Source of the DNA: Candidatus Aminicenantes bacterium
Lineage (GTDB): Bacteria > Acidobacteriota > Aminicenantia > JAMOAD01
Assembly: GCA_027067555.1 (NCBI GenBank)
Contig: JAMOVU010000172.1
Coordinates: 6,650 to 70,649, forward strand
Length of the DNA: 64,000 nucleotides
Direction: 5' to 3'
Notes under the pieces: generated by a model
Databases searched by the model: none
What the model saw: the letters and a program-made list of their open reading frames with translations, nothing else
What the model was told of the DNA's origin: nothing
In this document: piece by piece, positions 37,030-47,577 of the stretch
Layout of the letters: every line of letters begins with the position of its first letter
How positions within the stretch are numbered: the stretch's first letter is position 1
Position numbers and translations under genes: made by a program

Positions 37030-37605
37030 TTAAGTATTTTTTCCTATTGCTTCAAGGAGAGAATCCAAAAAATTATGTAATTCTTTAAGGGTTGAATCAT
37101 TCATTACAAAAAAATCAGCTTCTCCCATACAGGCACCGACCTGTTGGCCGTCGGGGGGCTCATCTATTCCCCATTCTCTCATAAGTTTTTTCTCTATTTC
37201 TTCTTCTGACAAGGGATCAGAGCTTCTTTTTCTATTCTTTACTCTCTCAATCAAGGTCTCTTTTGGTGCAGCAACAGCAAGGAGAAAAAAGTTTTCCATT
37301 TTTCTTAACTCTTCTATTTCTGCCGGATTTCTGATTCCATCTATCACCCAATTTAACTCTTTATCTCCATTTTCTATTTTTTCCCTAACTCTTTTACCAA
37401 AAACTCCAGCTCCCTCTTCTTTTCTAAGGCTGTTTCCAATCATCATAAGATTATCCCTTGTCTCTTCAAGATCTCTTTTTCTGAGCTCTTCTCTTACCAT
37501 ATCCGAAAGGGAAATATATTTGAAACCCTTTGATTTTAGGTATTTTGAAACTTCTCCCTTCCCTGAAGCGAGAGGACCTGTTAAACCTATCTTTATTCCT
37601 TTCAT
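37030..37605 (-). CDS. P-loop nucleotide kinase (dephospho-CoA kinase / NMP kinase-like)
   Basis: GLTGPLASGKG Walker A at N-terminus, 191 aa. Confidence 0.5.
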   Translation of the reverse strand: MKGIKIGLTGPLASGKGEVSKYLKSKGFKYISLSDMVREELRKRDLEETRDNLMMIGNSLRKEEGAGVFGKRVREKIENGDKELNWVIDGIRNPAEIEELRKMENFFLLAVAAPKETLIERVKNRKRSSDPLSEEEIEKKLMREWGIDEPPDGQQVGACMGEADFFVMNDSTLKELHNFLDSLLEAIGKNT

Positions 37606-39251
37606 TATTTACCTGGACACTGTTTTACGATTTTTTCAGGGAGATTTTTATTTCCGTAAGCTTTGTCAAAGTGTTTGCTAAAATCTTCTGCTAATTTGTT
37701 AGCTCTTCTTTCAAACTCATCTTTATCCTTCCATGTAAGTTTGGGGTCAAGAATTTCAGAAGGAACATCTCCTATGCATTTTTTTGGTATGTTAATGTGG
37801 AATCTTTTATCTTCATAGTATTCTATATCTCTTAATTTCCCGGTTACGGCTGCTTCAACTATCTTTCTTGTGATATTTATGTCAAACCTTTTTCCCACTC
37901 CATATGGACCTCCTGTCCATCCTGTGTTTATGAGATACACATCTGTGTTGTGTTTTCTCATCTTTTCCCCTAACATTTCCGCATAATCATTGGGATTTCT
38001 TGGCATAAAAGGTTCGCCGAAAAATCTTGAGAATGTTGATACTGGATCAACTATTCCTGTTTCTGTCCCGGCAAGTTTACTTGTATAGCCCATTAAAAAC
38101 CAGAGCATAGCTTGCTCTTCATTTAATTTTGCCACAGGTGGAAGCACTCCATTTGCATCTGCAGTCAGGAAAATTATTGTTTTGGGATGTCCTGATGTGG
38201 AGGACATTTTAATATTTGAAAGATAGACAAGAGGATATGATGATCTTGAATTTTCTGTGAGCCGCGCATCATAAAAGTCAAATTCTCCATTTGGATAAAT
38301 CATAGCATTTTCTACTATTGCTCCATGATTAAGATAATCATCTTTATGCATCACTGCATTGTAAATCTCCGGCTCCTTTTCTGCGCTCAATCTTATCATT
38401 TTTGCATAGCAGCCATTTTCAAAATTGGCAATTCCATCATCACTCCATCCATGCTCATCATCGCCCAAAAGCGCCCTTGAAGGATCAGCTGAAAGTGTGG
38501 TTTTACCTGTACCTGAAAGTCCTAAAAATAGAGCAGAGCTTCCATCTTTTCCTTCATTTGCAGATGCATGTAGAGGTAGAATACCATTCTCGGGTAAATA
38601 ATAGTTCATAACTGTAAACATGAGTTTTTTCACTGAGCCAAGATAAGCTGAGCCAATAACTATTCCTGCCCTTCTGTCATAATCTATTGCTATTGCCATA
38701 TTTGTTGTTTTACCATCAGGTAATTTTCTCAGCCTTCCTTCGTATCTCTCTCTTTTCAATTTATCATAAGGTAAGACGAAAAGTGTGAAAGGCTTATCGT
38801 AAAAAATACTTTTTGAGATATCTTCAGGCACAGGTCTGAACATATTGTCCGTAAAGAGAGCCGTAAGAGCTTTGTCTGTTATTGTTTTTACGGGCAAAGC
38901 ATACTTGCTGTCAGCCCCTATTACTCTATTAGTTACAAAAATTTCATTTTTATTTTTTAATAAGGCCAATGCATCTTCAAGAAGCATATCAAAGGTATCT
39001 TCTGAAATTGGAATATTGTAAGGGGAATCCCAATCTATATTACCCTCACTTTCCTTTCTTTTTACGGTAACTGTATCTTTGGGACTTCTTCCGGTTGACT
39101 CGGGTGGAGTCCAGGTAGCAAGAGCTCCATTTTTACTGACTACTGCTTCCTTTTTTTCAACACTTGCTTTAATTAATTCTTTTCTGGATAAATCCTCTTT
39201 TACATTTTTATGGCTCTTTAAAAGATTTAGAGCCATATCTTTTATTTCCAT
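37605..39251 (-). CDS. pckA: phosphoenolpyruvate carboxykinase (ATP)
   Basis: GLSGTGKTT kinase-1a motif and PEPCK-ATP family length 548 aa. Confidence 0.9.
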   Translation of the reverse strand: MEIKDMALNLLKSHKNVKEDLSRKELIKASVEKKEAVVSKNGALATWTPPESTGRSPKDTVTVKRKESEGNIDWDSPYNIPISEDTFDMLLEDALALLKNKNEIFVTNRVIGADSKYALPVKTITDKALTALFTDNMFRPVPEDISKSIFYDKPFTLFVLPYDKLKRERYEGRLRKLPDGKTTNMAIAIDYDRRAGIVIGSAYLGSVKKLMFTVMNYYLPENGILPLHASANEGKDGSSALFLGLSGTGKTTLSADPSRALLGDDEHGWSDDGIANFENGCYAKMIRLSAEKEPEIYNAVMHKDDYLNHGAIVENAMIYPNGEFDFYDARLTENSRSSYPLVYLSNIKMSSTSGHPKTIIFLTADANGVLPPVAKLNEEQAMLWFLMGYTSKLAGTETGIVDPVSTFSRFFGEPFMPRNPNDYAEMLGEKMRKHNTDVYLINTGWTGGPYGVGKRFDINITRKIVEAAVTGKLRDIEYYEDKRFHINIPKKCIGDVPSEILDPKLTWKDKDEFERRANKLAEDFSKHFDKAYGNKNLPEKIVKQCPGK

Positions 39252-39349
39252 ATCAGACCTCCTCCAAAAAAATAATAAATTATAGGGATTATAAAATAAA
39301 AAAAATTAATTATCAAACATATTATAGTTTTATTTTTATTTTAAATTTA

Positions 39350-40381
39350 TTATAATTTAATCCCTTTTACTGCAAAGTTCGTTTCAGCAAAAAGGTGTTT
39401 GTTAATGAGATCGATATTGTAATTTATTATTGGGTTATCAGTTTCTTTTAATTTTATATCCGGTGGTTGAGAAAATATTATTTCAACTTCAGAAAAACCG
39501 CTTTTTTCAAAGAGAAATCTCATAAGTTCCGGATGGACAGCAAATCTGTGGGTGGGGTCAAGTAAAAAAATTTGAGAAAATGAAAACCATGAGAGAGGAT
39601 TAATTGTTTCTAAAATTAGAACCCCTCCTTTTTTTAATTTTTTTAATGCAATGGAGATGAGTTCCTTTACTATCGAGAAATCAAGATGTTCTATTACCTG
39701 AGAGGAGAATATTCCATCAAATGACTCATCCTCTTTCTTTTTTAAGAAGTCAATAAGATCTCCGTGAAAAACTTTCAAACCTTTTCTTTTTGCAATTTTT
39801 AACATTCCTTCGTCAATATCAACTCCAATACCAAATCTACCTGTACTTTCAACGAGTTCCAAAAATTCTCCTCTTCCGCAACCAAGGTCAAGGATCAGTC
39901 CTTTTTCAGGGAAAAGATTAAGATAATTCTCAAAAGAGCTTTTTACATCTTCCTCTTTTCTGAATCTTCTTTCAAAAGATGGGTATCCTGCGAGTTCTAT
40001 GATTGATTTGATTTCTTTTTGCTCTTCCTCTGTAAGATTTTCTTTCCCCTTTTTAAGCTTGTCAAGGATTTCTCCTATTTCATTGAATTCTAAAAGAAGG
40101 GTTCTAACATCATTATAAATTGATGAAAGTCTATCCAGCTGCCATATTATGCTTTTAAAGTGTAATGTTGAATGATTATTAGAAAGAGCATCCCATTTTT
40201 TATCTTTTATATCTGTTAGTTTTAATAAAAGTTCTTCTTTTTCTTTAAAAAGTTGAATAATGGCTGGAATTGAAAAAAACGCCTTTATCCCTTTAAATTT
40301 TTCTAATTCTTTATCTATCTCTTTTATCTTCTTCTCTAATTCTCTTTCTTCTTTCTCAAGGCCTTCTATGTATCTTTGCAT
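39350..40381 (-). CDS. class I SAM-dependent methyltransferase with N-terminal coiled-coil
   Basis: LDLGCGRGEF motif I. Confidence 0.6.
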   Translation of the reverse strand: MQRYIEGLEKEERELEKKIKEIDKELEKFKGIKAFFSIPAIIQLFKEKEELLLKLTDIKDKKWDALSNNHSTLHFKSIIWQLDRLSSIYNDVRTLLLEFNEIGEILDKLKKGKENLTEEEQKEIKSIIELAGYPSFERRFRKEEDVKSSFENYLNLFPEKGLILDLGCGRGEFLELVESTGRFGIGVDIDEGMLKIAKRKGLKVFHGDLIDFLKKKEDESFDGIFSSQVIEHLDFSIVKELISIALKKLKKGGVLILETINPLSWFSFSQIFLLDPTHRFAVHPELMRFLFEKSGFSEVEIIFSQPPDIKLKETDNPIINYNIDLINKHLFAETNFAVKGIKL

Positions 40382-40608
40382 TAATCCTCAAGTTTTTTGT
40401 CCTCTTTTTTCTCCTCAGTACTATCCTTTTTCATCTCTTCTTTAAAACTCTTTATACCCTTTCCAAGACCCCTGAAAACCTCAGGTATTTTGTTAGCTCC
40501 AAAAAGAAGAACGATTATAAAAGCGATTAACAATAATTCCGGTAAACCTAATGATCCAAACATCTTAACCTCCAAAAAAATTATATACCAAATACTTTTC
40601 AAGAGCAA
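40381..40608 (-). CDS. tatA: twin-arginine translocase protein TatA/E
   Basis: MFGSLGLPELLLIAFIIVLLFG... 75 aa. Confidence 0.8.
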   Translation of the reverse strand: MLLKSIWYIIFLEVKMFGSLGLPELLLIAFIIVLLFGANKIPEVFRGLGKGIKSFKEEMKKDSTEEKKEDKKLED

Positions 40609-40622
40609 GAAAAAGCTTTTTC

Positions 40623-42023
40623 CTACCTTTCATATTTGACAATAAAGTAGAAGAGGGGGTTCCTTTTAAGTTTAGCTTCTATCTTGTAAAATCTCCCTTT
40701 TCCTTCCAAAGAGAAGTTCTTTTGAAGTTCACCATACTTTATTTTAACATTTCTATCATCCCCTCTGTTTATTCTATTTTTTAGGGCAAATCCTTTGAAA
40801 TCAATCGAAAGTTCTTTTCCATTAAATTTGGCCTCTTTAAGAATAATAATATCTTTTTCCTTTAGCTTTAAAATCTCTCCTGCAGGAATTTTTTTCTCCT
40901 CTCCATTAATCTTTATAATAAACCGGGGAATCTTTTTTGAAGGATAAATTTTAAAACTTGTTATTTTATGATAATCGTGTCTTATGAGAACTGTTGTTTT
41001 TTTCGTGATAAGATATCTTTTGTTTCTGTCATTTTCACCTCCCCAACCGAGGATATCAGCAGCCCAACCAAATTTTCTGCTTCCGTGAATACTTTTGAGG
41101 GTAATTGTTTCATCTTGTTTTAATAGCAAAACAGATTTTTCAGGAACTATGAATTCCTTTCCCTCTTTATTAAAAATTTTTACATAATAGAAAACCGGTT
41201 TTTTTAGGTTAGGTCTAATCTTGTTTTCTGGAATTATTCCAAAAACTTTAAAAAGTTCGTTTAATACTAAGAGGTGATATTTTACCTTTAATTCGTCTGA
41301 TTTAATATTTTTGGATGTTTCAACCCCAAAAGCAGGGATCCCGTAAACTTTATAAGCATAGAAAGTTGCCGTGAATTTCATTTGCTCAAGATTCTTTTCC
41401 TTGTGGGTTTTTTCTGTTTCTGTATTCCAGAAAGCAAAGAGGTGATTCGGGTTCTTTATCTTTTTATTCACTTTCTCAACAACCTCTTTCCCTATTTTTT
41501 CAAGGTCTATCTCTTTTTTTGTTTTTTTTGAGATAACCTTTGCTGCATCCACAATTATGCATTGTCCGAAATTTTTATGATACTTTCTATGAAATCCCCA
41601 GGCATCGTGAAGGTTTATGAAAATATCTGCTTGTGCCATAAGTTTTTTAAGAATCTTAACTATTCTTGTATCAGGGTCTTTCTTTTTTGATTTCCAGTTT
41701 TTAAATTTTCTGTTCATATCTCCAAAATAACCGCGAACATTTTTCATTATGGAATAAAAATTAACCCTTGGAACGATTATCACAGTACCCTTTTTTAGTT
41801 TTAATTCGGTTAGCTTTTCGGCTGTAAGGTATGCTCCGGGTTCATTACCATGAATTCCTCCGAAAATCAGCATAACAGGAGATTTATCCTTTTCCGCCTC
41901 TATCTTTACTACAGGAAATTGAAAATCAGTGCTAATGAGAAACATTTTTTCATAGTAAAGAGTGGAGAAGGAAAAAGAATGAAAAAAGATTAAAAGCAGA
42001 GTGAAAATGAAAATTCTTTTCAT
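40623..42023 (-). CDS. secreted M14-like / succinylglutamate desuccinylase-aspartoacylase (AstE/AspA) family zinc hydrolase with C-terminal extension
   Basis: Signal peptide; FGGIHGNEPGAY motif characteristic of AstE/AspA-M14 fold. Confidence 0.55.
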   Translation of the reverse strand: MKRIFIFTLLLIFFHSFSFSTLYYEKMFLISTDFQFPVVKIEAEKDKSPVMLIFGGIHGNEPGAYLTAEKLTELKLKKGTVIIVPRVNFYSIMKNVRGYFGDMNRKFKNWKSKKKDPDTRIVKILKKLMAQADIFINLHDAWGFHRKYHKNFGQCIIVDAAKVISKKTKKEIDLEKIGKEVVEKVNKKIKNPNHLFAFWNTETEKTHKEKNLEQMKFTATFYAYKVYGIPAFGVETSKNIKSDELKVKYHLLVLNELFKVFGIIPENKIRPNLKKPVFYYVKIFNKEGKEFIVPEKSVLLLKQDETITLKSIHGSRKFGWAADILGWGGENDRNKRYLITKKTTVLIRHDYHKITSFKIYPSKKIPRFIIKINGEEKKIPAGEILKLKEKDIIILKEAKFNGKELSIDFKGFALKNRINRGDDRNVKIKYGELQKNFSLEGKGRFYKIEAKLKRNPLFYFIVKYER

Positions 42024-43309
42024 AGGTTTATTCTTTCTGAATAAACTAAGACTCCTGTCAAATCATAAATTTCCACTGAGACTGCTTTGGGGAAAAAGTT
42101 TTTCCCGTATTTAAAGCTTAGTTTTATATTTTTGCTTTTTAAAATTTTGAAAAATTTTCCCTGTTTTTTTGGATTAAACTTTATTTTTTCATCAAAATAT
42201 TTTACTCTGTTTCTCAGAAAAGCAAAGCCTGAATTATCTTCATTTAGGATTTTAACGAGAAGGTATCCTGCTGTTGGGGTGGTAAGTCCATTTGTTATTC
42301 TAAAGCTTAGTTTAAAGTTTGCGTTGAGAGGATCATTTTCCCAGGAGAAATTTTCTATTTTTAAAATCTTTTTCCCTTTAATTACAATTTTCTTATCTTC
42401 CCATTTTTTGTTAGCAAGGGCTTTTTCCCTTATGATTTTCCATGAATTTTCCTCTTTTATCCAGTAAAGTCTCTTTATTCCTCTGAATTTCATCCTATCA
42501 GATCTGTATTTTTGATAAAATGCTGTTACAACATATTTATCTGTTTTGAAAATTTCAAGATCTTCAATATCTATTTTTATAAATTTGTATATTTTGTTGA
42601 GTCTATCTTTAAAATTTTTATAGGCATAATAATCCATATTTCCATTTCTGAACTTTTTAGAGTAGAATCTTATATATCTGTCTATATCTCTACTTTCCCA
42701 TCCTTTTTTCCATGAGTAAACCAAATCTTTAAAAAAATCTCTCATCTCTCTAACTTTGTTAACTTTTAGAAATCTGATTTCTTCCACATTAATAATCGGT
42801 GTTTTTTCAAGAATAATAAGTGGGGAAACCTTAATGAGATCTGCATTTCTCATAGCAACGCAACCTTTTGTGGAAAATGGAGTGAGTGGTTTGAATGGGT
42901 CTTCTGTACCATGAAGCCAGATACCTGAGCCGCTTTTTCCCTCATAAAGGTCAAAAGGATTGGGATAATTCATTACAAAGGCTCTAATCCCGTAAAGAGG
43001 CGGGAGCTTTTTCCCTTCTAAAATTTTTGTAAAAAAATAAACACCTTCAGGGGTTTTTTCATCCCCTTCATTTATCTTGTCTCCATTATTTTTCCCTGTC
43101 GTTATTGTGAAAATCATTATAGGGTCAATATCCTCACCTCTGTAAACATACATTTTCTGACTCTTTTTCTCAACTAAAAAAGCATAATTTGTTTTACTCA
43201 AAAGAAGAATATTGTCAGGGTATAAATTCTCCCTATATGAAAAAGAAAAAGATGTGCTTATTATCAAAAGCACTGTTAAAAGATTAAATTGTTTGAAGAA
43301 ACTCTTCAT
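42020..43309 (-). CDS. L,D-transpeptidase (YkuD-domain) protein
   Basis: Signal peptide; catalytic region IWLHGT...STKGCVAMRNAD. Confidence 0.7.
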   Translation of the reverse strand: MKSFFKQFNLLTVLLIISTSFSFSYRENLYPDNILLLSKTNYAFLVEKKSQKMYVYRGEDIDPIMIFTITTGKNNGDKINEGDEKTPEGVYFFTKILEGKKLPPLYGIRAFVMNYPNPFDLYEGKSGSGIWLHGTEDPFKPLTPFSTKGCVAMRNADLIKVSPLIILEKTPIINVEEIRFLKVNKVREMRDFFKDLVYSWKKGWESRDIDRYIRFYSKKFRNGNMDYYAYKNFKDRLNKIYKFIKIDIEDLEIFKTDKYVVTAFYQKYRSDRMKFRGIKRLYWIKEENSWKIIREKALANKKWEDKKIVIKGKKILKIENFSWENDPLNANFKLSFRITNGLTTPTAGYLLVKILNEDNSGFAFLRNRVKYFDEKIKFNPKKQGKFFKILKSKNIKLSFKYGKNFFPKAVSVEIYDLTGVLVYSERINL

Positions 43310-44030
43310 AACCTTTTTCGATTGCCTCCTTTTGAAGTTTTAAGATTTTTTCAATTCCCTTTTCAGCAAGTAGAATTAAATCATAGAGCTCTCTCATTGT
43401 AAAAGCTCTTTTTTCTCCTGCTCCCTGTATCTCAATAAGCTCCTTTTTCTCATTTTCAACAATATTGAGGTCCACTTCAGCCTCAGAATCCTCTTCAAAA
43501 TCAAGATCAAGCATGGGAACACCATTTATAATTCCTACTGAAATAGCACTTACGAGTCCCGTTAATGGTTCCTTTGCAAATTGATTTCTAAATGTAAGTT
43601 TTTTAAGAGCTATTGCAAGTGCAACTGCTCCTGCGTTTATGGAAGCGGTTCTTGTTCCCCCATCTGCCTGGATTACATCGCAGTCTATATAAAGTGTGAT
43701 TTCCCCAATCTCATCAAGGTTAATCATATATCTTAAAGCTCTGCCTATTAATCTCTGAATCTCCTGGGATCTTCCGGATATCCTCCCATTTGTTCTTTCT
43801 CTGATATTTCTTTTTTTTGTTGCACGGGGGAGCATTCCATATTCTGCGGTTAGCCATCCTGTTCCACTTCCTTTAAGGAAAAAAGGCACTTTTTTTTCGA
43901 CTGAAACAGAGCACACTACCTTTGTATCTCCATCCTCCACAAGGCATGAGCCCTCCGCATATTTTAGATAATTTGGGGTAAATCTTATCTCTCTTAGTTC
44001 ATTATTTTTTCTATTGTCTTTTCTTTTCAA
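43284..44030 (-). CDS. rph: ribonuclease PH
   Basis: RNase PH family pattern (TNGRISGRSQEIQRLIGRALR), 248 aa. Confidence 0.9.
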   Translation of the reverse strand: MKRKDNRKNNELREIRFTPNYLKYAEGSCLVEDGDTKVVCSVSVEKKVPFFLKGSGTGWLTAEYGMLPRATKKRNIRERTNGRISGRSQEIQRLIGRALRYMINLDEIGEITLYIDCDVIQADGGTRTASINAGAVALAIALKKLTFRNQFAKEPLTGLVSAISVGIINGVPMLDLDFEEDSEAEVDLNIVENEKKELIEIQGAGEKRAFTMRELYDLILLAEKGIEKILKLQKEAIEKGYEEFLQTI

Positions 44031-44054
44031 AAAACCTCCGTTTTCTAACTTTTA

Positions 44055-45140
44055 TTATTTTATGTCAAAGTTCACGCCAACTTCCCTGGCAATTTCTTCC
44101 ATTGTTGCATAAACTTTGTCCTGCACAGGAACTCTATCTTTATACTTTAATTCAAGTTCATATTCCTTTTCTCCTGCGATGTAAATTCTATTCTTACCTG
44201 CTGCTTTTTCAGAGTTTTTCATTGTATCCTGCAATTTGTCCATTCCCTCTTTTATCTTATCAAGCCCTATAAAAGCATCCGGATTAATTATTCCGACGAA
44301 GTGACAAACATCTGCAGGTTGTCCCTTCTTACCATAAACAAAAGGTCCGAAAGAACCGCCTGAAAAAATTCCCGTAAATATTTCTACTATCATTCCGAGT
44401 CCATACCCTTTGTGTCCGCCGGTAAGTTCTTCACCTCCTCCCAATGGAAGAAGTCCGCCACCTCTTCTTTCTTTTAAATTATCAAGGACTCTTTGTGGAT
44501 CATCTGTGGGAACCCCATTTTCATCGGTTGCCCAGACCTTTGGAATCTTTTCTCCTTTTCTTGCATATACCTCGAGTTTTCCTCTTGGGACGGTTGAAGT
44601 TGCCATATCAAGAAGGAAGTCAGGGTTTTTATCTGCTGGAACTCCGACTGCAATAGGATTTGTACCAATTAAGGCATTTTTACCAAAGGTCGGAACCACA
44701 AGAGGAAATGTGTTTGTCATTGAAATTCCAATGAGTCCCTCTTTTAAAGCCATGAGAGGATAATAACCAGCTATACCGTAGTGATTGGAGTTTCTGATAA
44801 CAGCAAAGCACATATAATTTTTTTTGGCTTTTTCAATACACTTTTTAGTAATTTCATAGGTTATAACCTGCCCAAGTCCTCCATTCCCATTAGCCACTAT
44901 GGAAACAGGTGTTTCCTTCTCAATTGTTGGCTTTGCATCCGGAATCATAACTCCATTTTTGATTCCATCGACATATCTTTTAAGTCTTGCAACTCCGTGG
45001 GACTCAACTCCTCTTTTGTCAGCTTCGATAAGTACATCCGCAATTACTCTTGCCCCTTCTTCATCAACATTGAGCTTTTTAAAAACCTCTGTTACAAAAT
45101 CACCCAACTTTTTTACATCAACTTCTATGTATGAAGCCAT
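44055..45140 (-). CDS. Ldh_2-family (malate/L-lactate/sulfolactate dehydrogenase-like) NAD(P)H oxidoreductase
   Basis: Ldh_2 family length and motifs (HGVARLKRY, GGHKGYGL). Confidence 0.75.
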   Translation of the reverse strand: MASYIEVDVKKLGDFVTEVFKKLNVDEEGARVIADVLIEADKRGVESHGVARLKRYVDGIKNGVMIPDAKPTIEKETPVSIVANGNGGLGQVITYEITKKCIEKAKKNYMCFAVIRNSNHYGIAGYYPLMALKEGLIGISMTNTFPLVVPTFGKNALIGTNPIAVGVPADKNPDFLLDMATSTVPRGKLEVYARKGEKIPKVWATDENGVPTDDPQRVLDNLKERRGGGLLPLGGGEELTGGHKGYGLGMIVEIFTGIFSGGSFGPFVYGKKGQPADVCHFVGIINPDAFIGLDKIKEGMDKLQDTMKNSEKAAGKNRIYIAGEKEYELELKYKDRVPVQDKVYATMEEIAREVGVNFDIK

Positions 45141-45289
45141 AAAAAACCTCCTAAATAATTTAATATTAAATTAGTACAAATTTTATTTTAAGGAGATGAT
45201 TTTGTCAACATAGAATTTTTAAAAGTTAATGGTTAATTTTGAAGATCTCCTGTTTGTTAATAAAATCTTCTGCTTTTATGTTTTAAGAA

Positions 45290-47002
45290 TTACCAGTATT
45301 TCTTTTTGTAAAGTTTTTCTGTTGTCTCTTTGGCAATGATTGGGGAAAGAAGAAGTAGTGCTATAAGATTGGGTAATGCCATGATTGCATTTGCCGAATC
45401 ACCTGTATACCAAATTATATTAAGATGAGCTCCCTGAACTATTGCTCCTACAAAAAGAAGTAAGATAAAAATGACTCTGTATGGATAAATTATTTTGCTC
45501 CCGAAAACAAACTCTACACATTTTTCTCCATAATAGCTCCAGCCAAGAAGAGTTGAGTATCCAAAAAGAAAAGAAGAAAAAGCTATGATTGCTCCTCCGT
45601 AAGGGATTACGCGATTAAAGGCTTCCATCGTAAGAGCGGTGGATGTTAATCCCGCTGAAGAGCCATAGGCGGCTGTTTGCAAATAAGCTCCTGTCAAAAC
45701 TATACTTAAAGTTGTGAGTGTGTTAACCACAATTGTGTCAATAAAAGTTCCGGTCATTGCTATTAGTCCATTGTAAGCTGGCTCCGGTGATCTTGATGCC
45801 GCCTGCGCAATAGCTGCTGAACCAAGACCCGATTCATTTGATAAAACTCCTCTTCTTACACCTATTGAAATTGCCTGTTTTACTGAGGTCCCGATAAGTG
45901 CTCCTCCAACCGCTTTTACGGAAAATGCAGCTTTAAAAATTAGTGCAAAAGCAGCAGGTATTGCTGTGAATTTTGCTATTAAGATAATAAGTGCTCCTCC
46001 GAAGTAAAGGATTATCATTGCCGGTACCAATTTTTCCGATACACTTCCTATTTTTTTAATACCTCCTATTGTAACAATTCCCGTAAGAACAGCGATTAAA
46101 AGCCCGCTTATCCAGAAGGGAACACCAAATTGGGTCTTAAAAGCGAGTGCCATCGAGTTTGATTGCGCCATGTTTCCTGTGCCAAAAAGAGCAGTAATGG
46201 CTCCTGCTCCGGCGAAAAGGAATCCCAAAAATTTTGCCACAGGTTTCCACTTTATTCCGTATCTTGCATAGTACATGGGACCACCAGCCATCTCTCCAAG
46301 CTCATTCTTTTTTCTGAACTTAACTCCTAAGAAACCTTCCGCATACTTTGTAGCCATACCAAAGAAACCTGCAACCCACATCCAGAAAGGAGCGCCGGGT
46401 CCTCCTGTTGCAATCGCGGTGGCAACTCCAGCAATGTTTCCATTACCAACAGTTGCCGCAAGTGCGGTCATTAAGGCAGCGTATGGCGATATATCACCCT
46501 CCTCCTTTTCTGTTTTGTCCTTTTTAAAAGCTCCTTTTAAAACGAGTTTGAGAGAGGCTATTATTCTTCTGAGCTGAACGAATCTTGTAACAAGTGTGAG
46601 TATTATCCCTGTTCCGACAAGGAGAATTACCATCCATGAACCCCATAGGATATCTGAAATATTTCTTATTATAATTAAAACTCTATCTAAAAACGAAAGA
46701 TTAACAGTAAACTTTTTATCAAGATCTTTATTTATTTCAATTTTTTGCTCTAATTTTTCAACGCTGTATATATCAAGTTTAAATTCATAAGCCCCCTCTT
46801 TTAAGTCTCTGAAAATAAACTCACCCTTTTTATTTAAAGGTGCTTTTATATAATTTTTCTCACCCTGTTTTTTTAATAAAACATAACCATCTTTCAACGG
46901 TTTTCCGTTTTGGTCATTTATTTTTCCTAAGAAATTATAGGAAAATAAGGGGGGTAATAGTATGGAAAAAAGCAAAAAAAGAACCATTACTCTTTTTTTC
47001 AT
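45290..47002 (-). CDS. alanine/glycine:cation symporter (AGCS) fused to N-terminal signal peptide plus CarboxypepD_reg-like beta-sandwich domain
   Basis: AGCS core from about residue 110; N-terminal about 100 aa resembles carboxypeptidase regulatory-like domain. Confidence 0.75.
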   Translation of the reverse strand: MKKRVMVLFLLFSILLPPLFSYNFLGKINDQNGKPLKDGYVLLKKQGEKNYIKAPLNKKGEFIFRDLKEGAYEFKLDIYSVEKLEQKIEINKDLDKKFTVNLSFLDRVLIIIRNISDILWGSWMVILLVGTGIILTLVTRFVQLRRIIASLKLVLKGAFKKDKTEKEEGDISPYAALMTALAATVGNGNIAGVATAIATGGPGAPFWMWVAGFFGMATKYAEGFLGVKFRKKNELGEMAGGPMYYARYGIKWKPVAKFLGFLFAGAGAITALFGTGNMAQSNSMALAFKTQFGVPFWISGLLIAVLTGIVTIGGIKKIGSVSEKLVPAMIILYFGGALIILIAKFTAIPAAFALIFKAAFSVKAVGGALIGTSVKQAISIGVRRGVLSNESGLGSAAIAQAASRSPEPAYNGLIAMTGTFIDTIVVNTLTTLSIVLTGAYLQTAAYGSSAGLTSTALTMEAFNRVIPYGGAIIAFSSFLFGYSTLLGWSYYGEKCVEFVFGSKIIYPYRVIFILLLFVGAIVQGAHLNIIWYTGDSANAIMALPNLIALLLLSPIIAKETTEKLYKKKYW

Positions 47003-47140
47003 TTGATCCTCCGTGAACTATAGTTCCTTTATTAAAACATATTTTTTGATTTTGTTAAAGTATAAGAGAATACGAAAAAAAAATGCAAATGTTTTGAATT
47101 ATATTAGGGAACAGGCAGAGTTATAATGTTAAAAAAATAA

Positions 47141-47407
47141 CTAATTGGTTTTAAGTGTTAATGTCAAAGCTTTCGCATCAACTCCTTTTATTAAGTTTAA
47201 CTTTCTTACAAACTCATTTATCTTTTCATCTTCCCCGACTATCTCAAGGATTAGAAGTCCTGTTTGGGTGCAATTATCAAGAACCCCATCGTGAATTCCA
47301 AGTCTTGTTTTAATCATACAGCCCCAGGCAGTCAACAATTTTTGGACTTTAACTGCAACATCATCCCTATTTAAAATTATGAGTGCTACAATCGTTCTTT
47401 TTTCCAT
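47141..47407 (-). CDS. small hypothetical protein (88 aa)
   Basis: ORF with plausible spacing; no motif recognised. Confidence 0.3.
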   Translation of the reverse strand: MEKRTIVALIILNRDDVAVKVQKLLTAWGCMIKTRLGIHDGVLDNCTQTGLLILEIVGEDEKINEFVRKLNLIKGVDAKALTLTLKTN

Positions 47408-47577
47408 TTCTTATCCTCCTTATATTGTTAAAAAACTAACATAATAAAATAGTGTATTTTTTAGTTTATGTCAAGGACAAAAGAAATAATAAATTATAAT
47501 GGTAATATTATCACCAAATATATTGTGTTAATCATTAAAAAAATTTGACAAAAGATACTATATCTGCTACTATTTAG

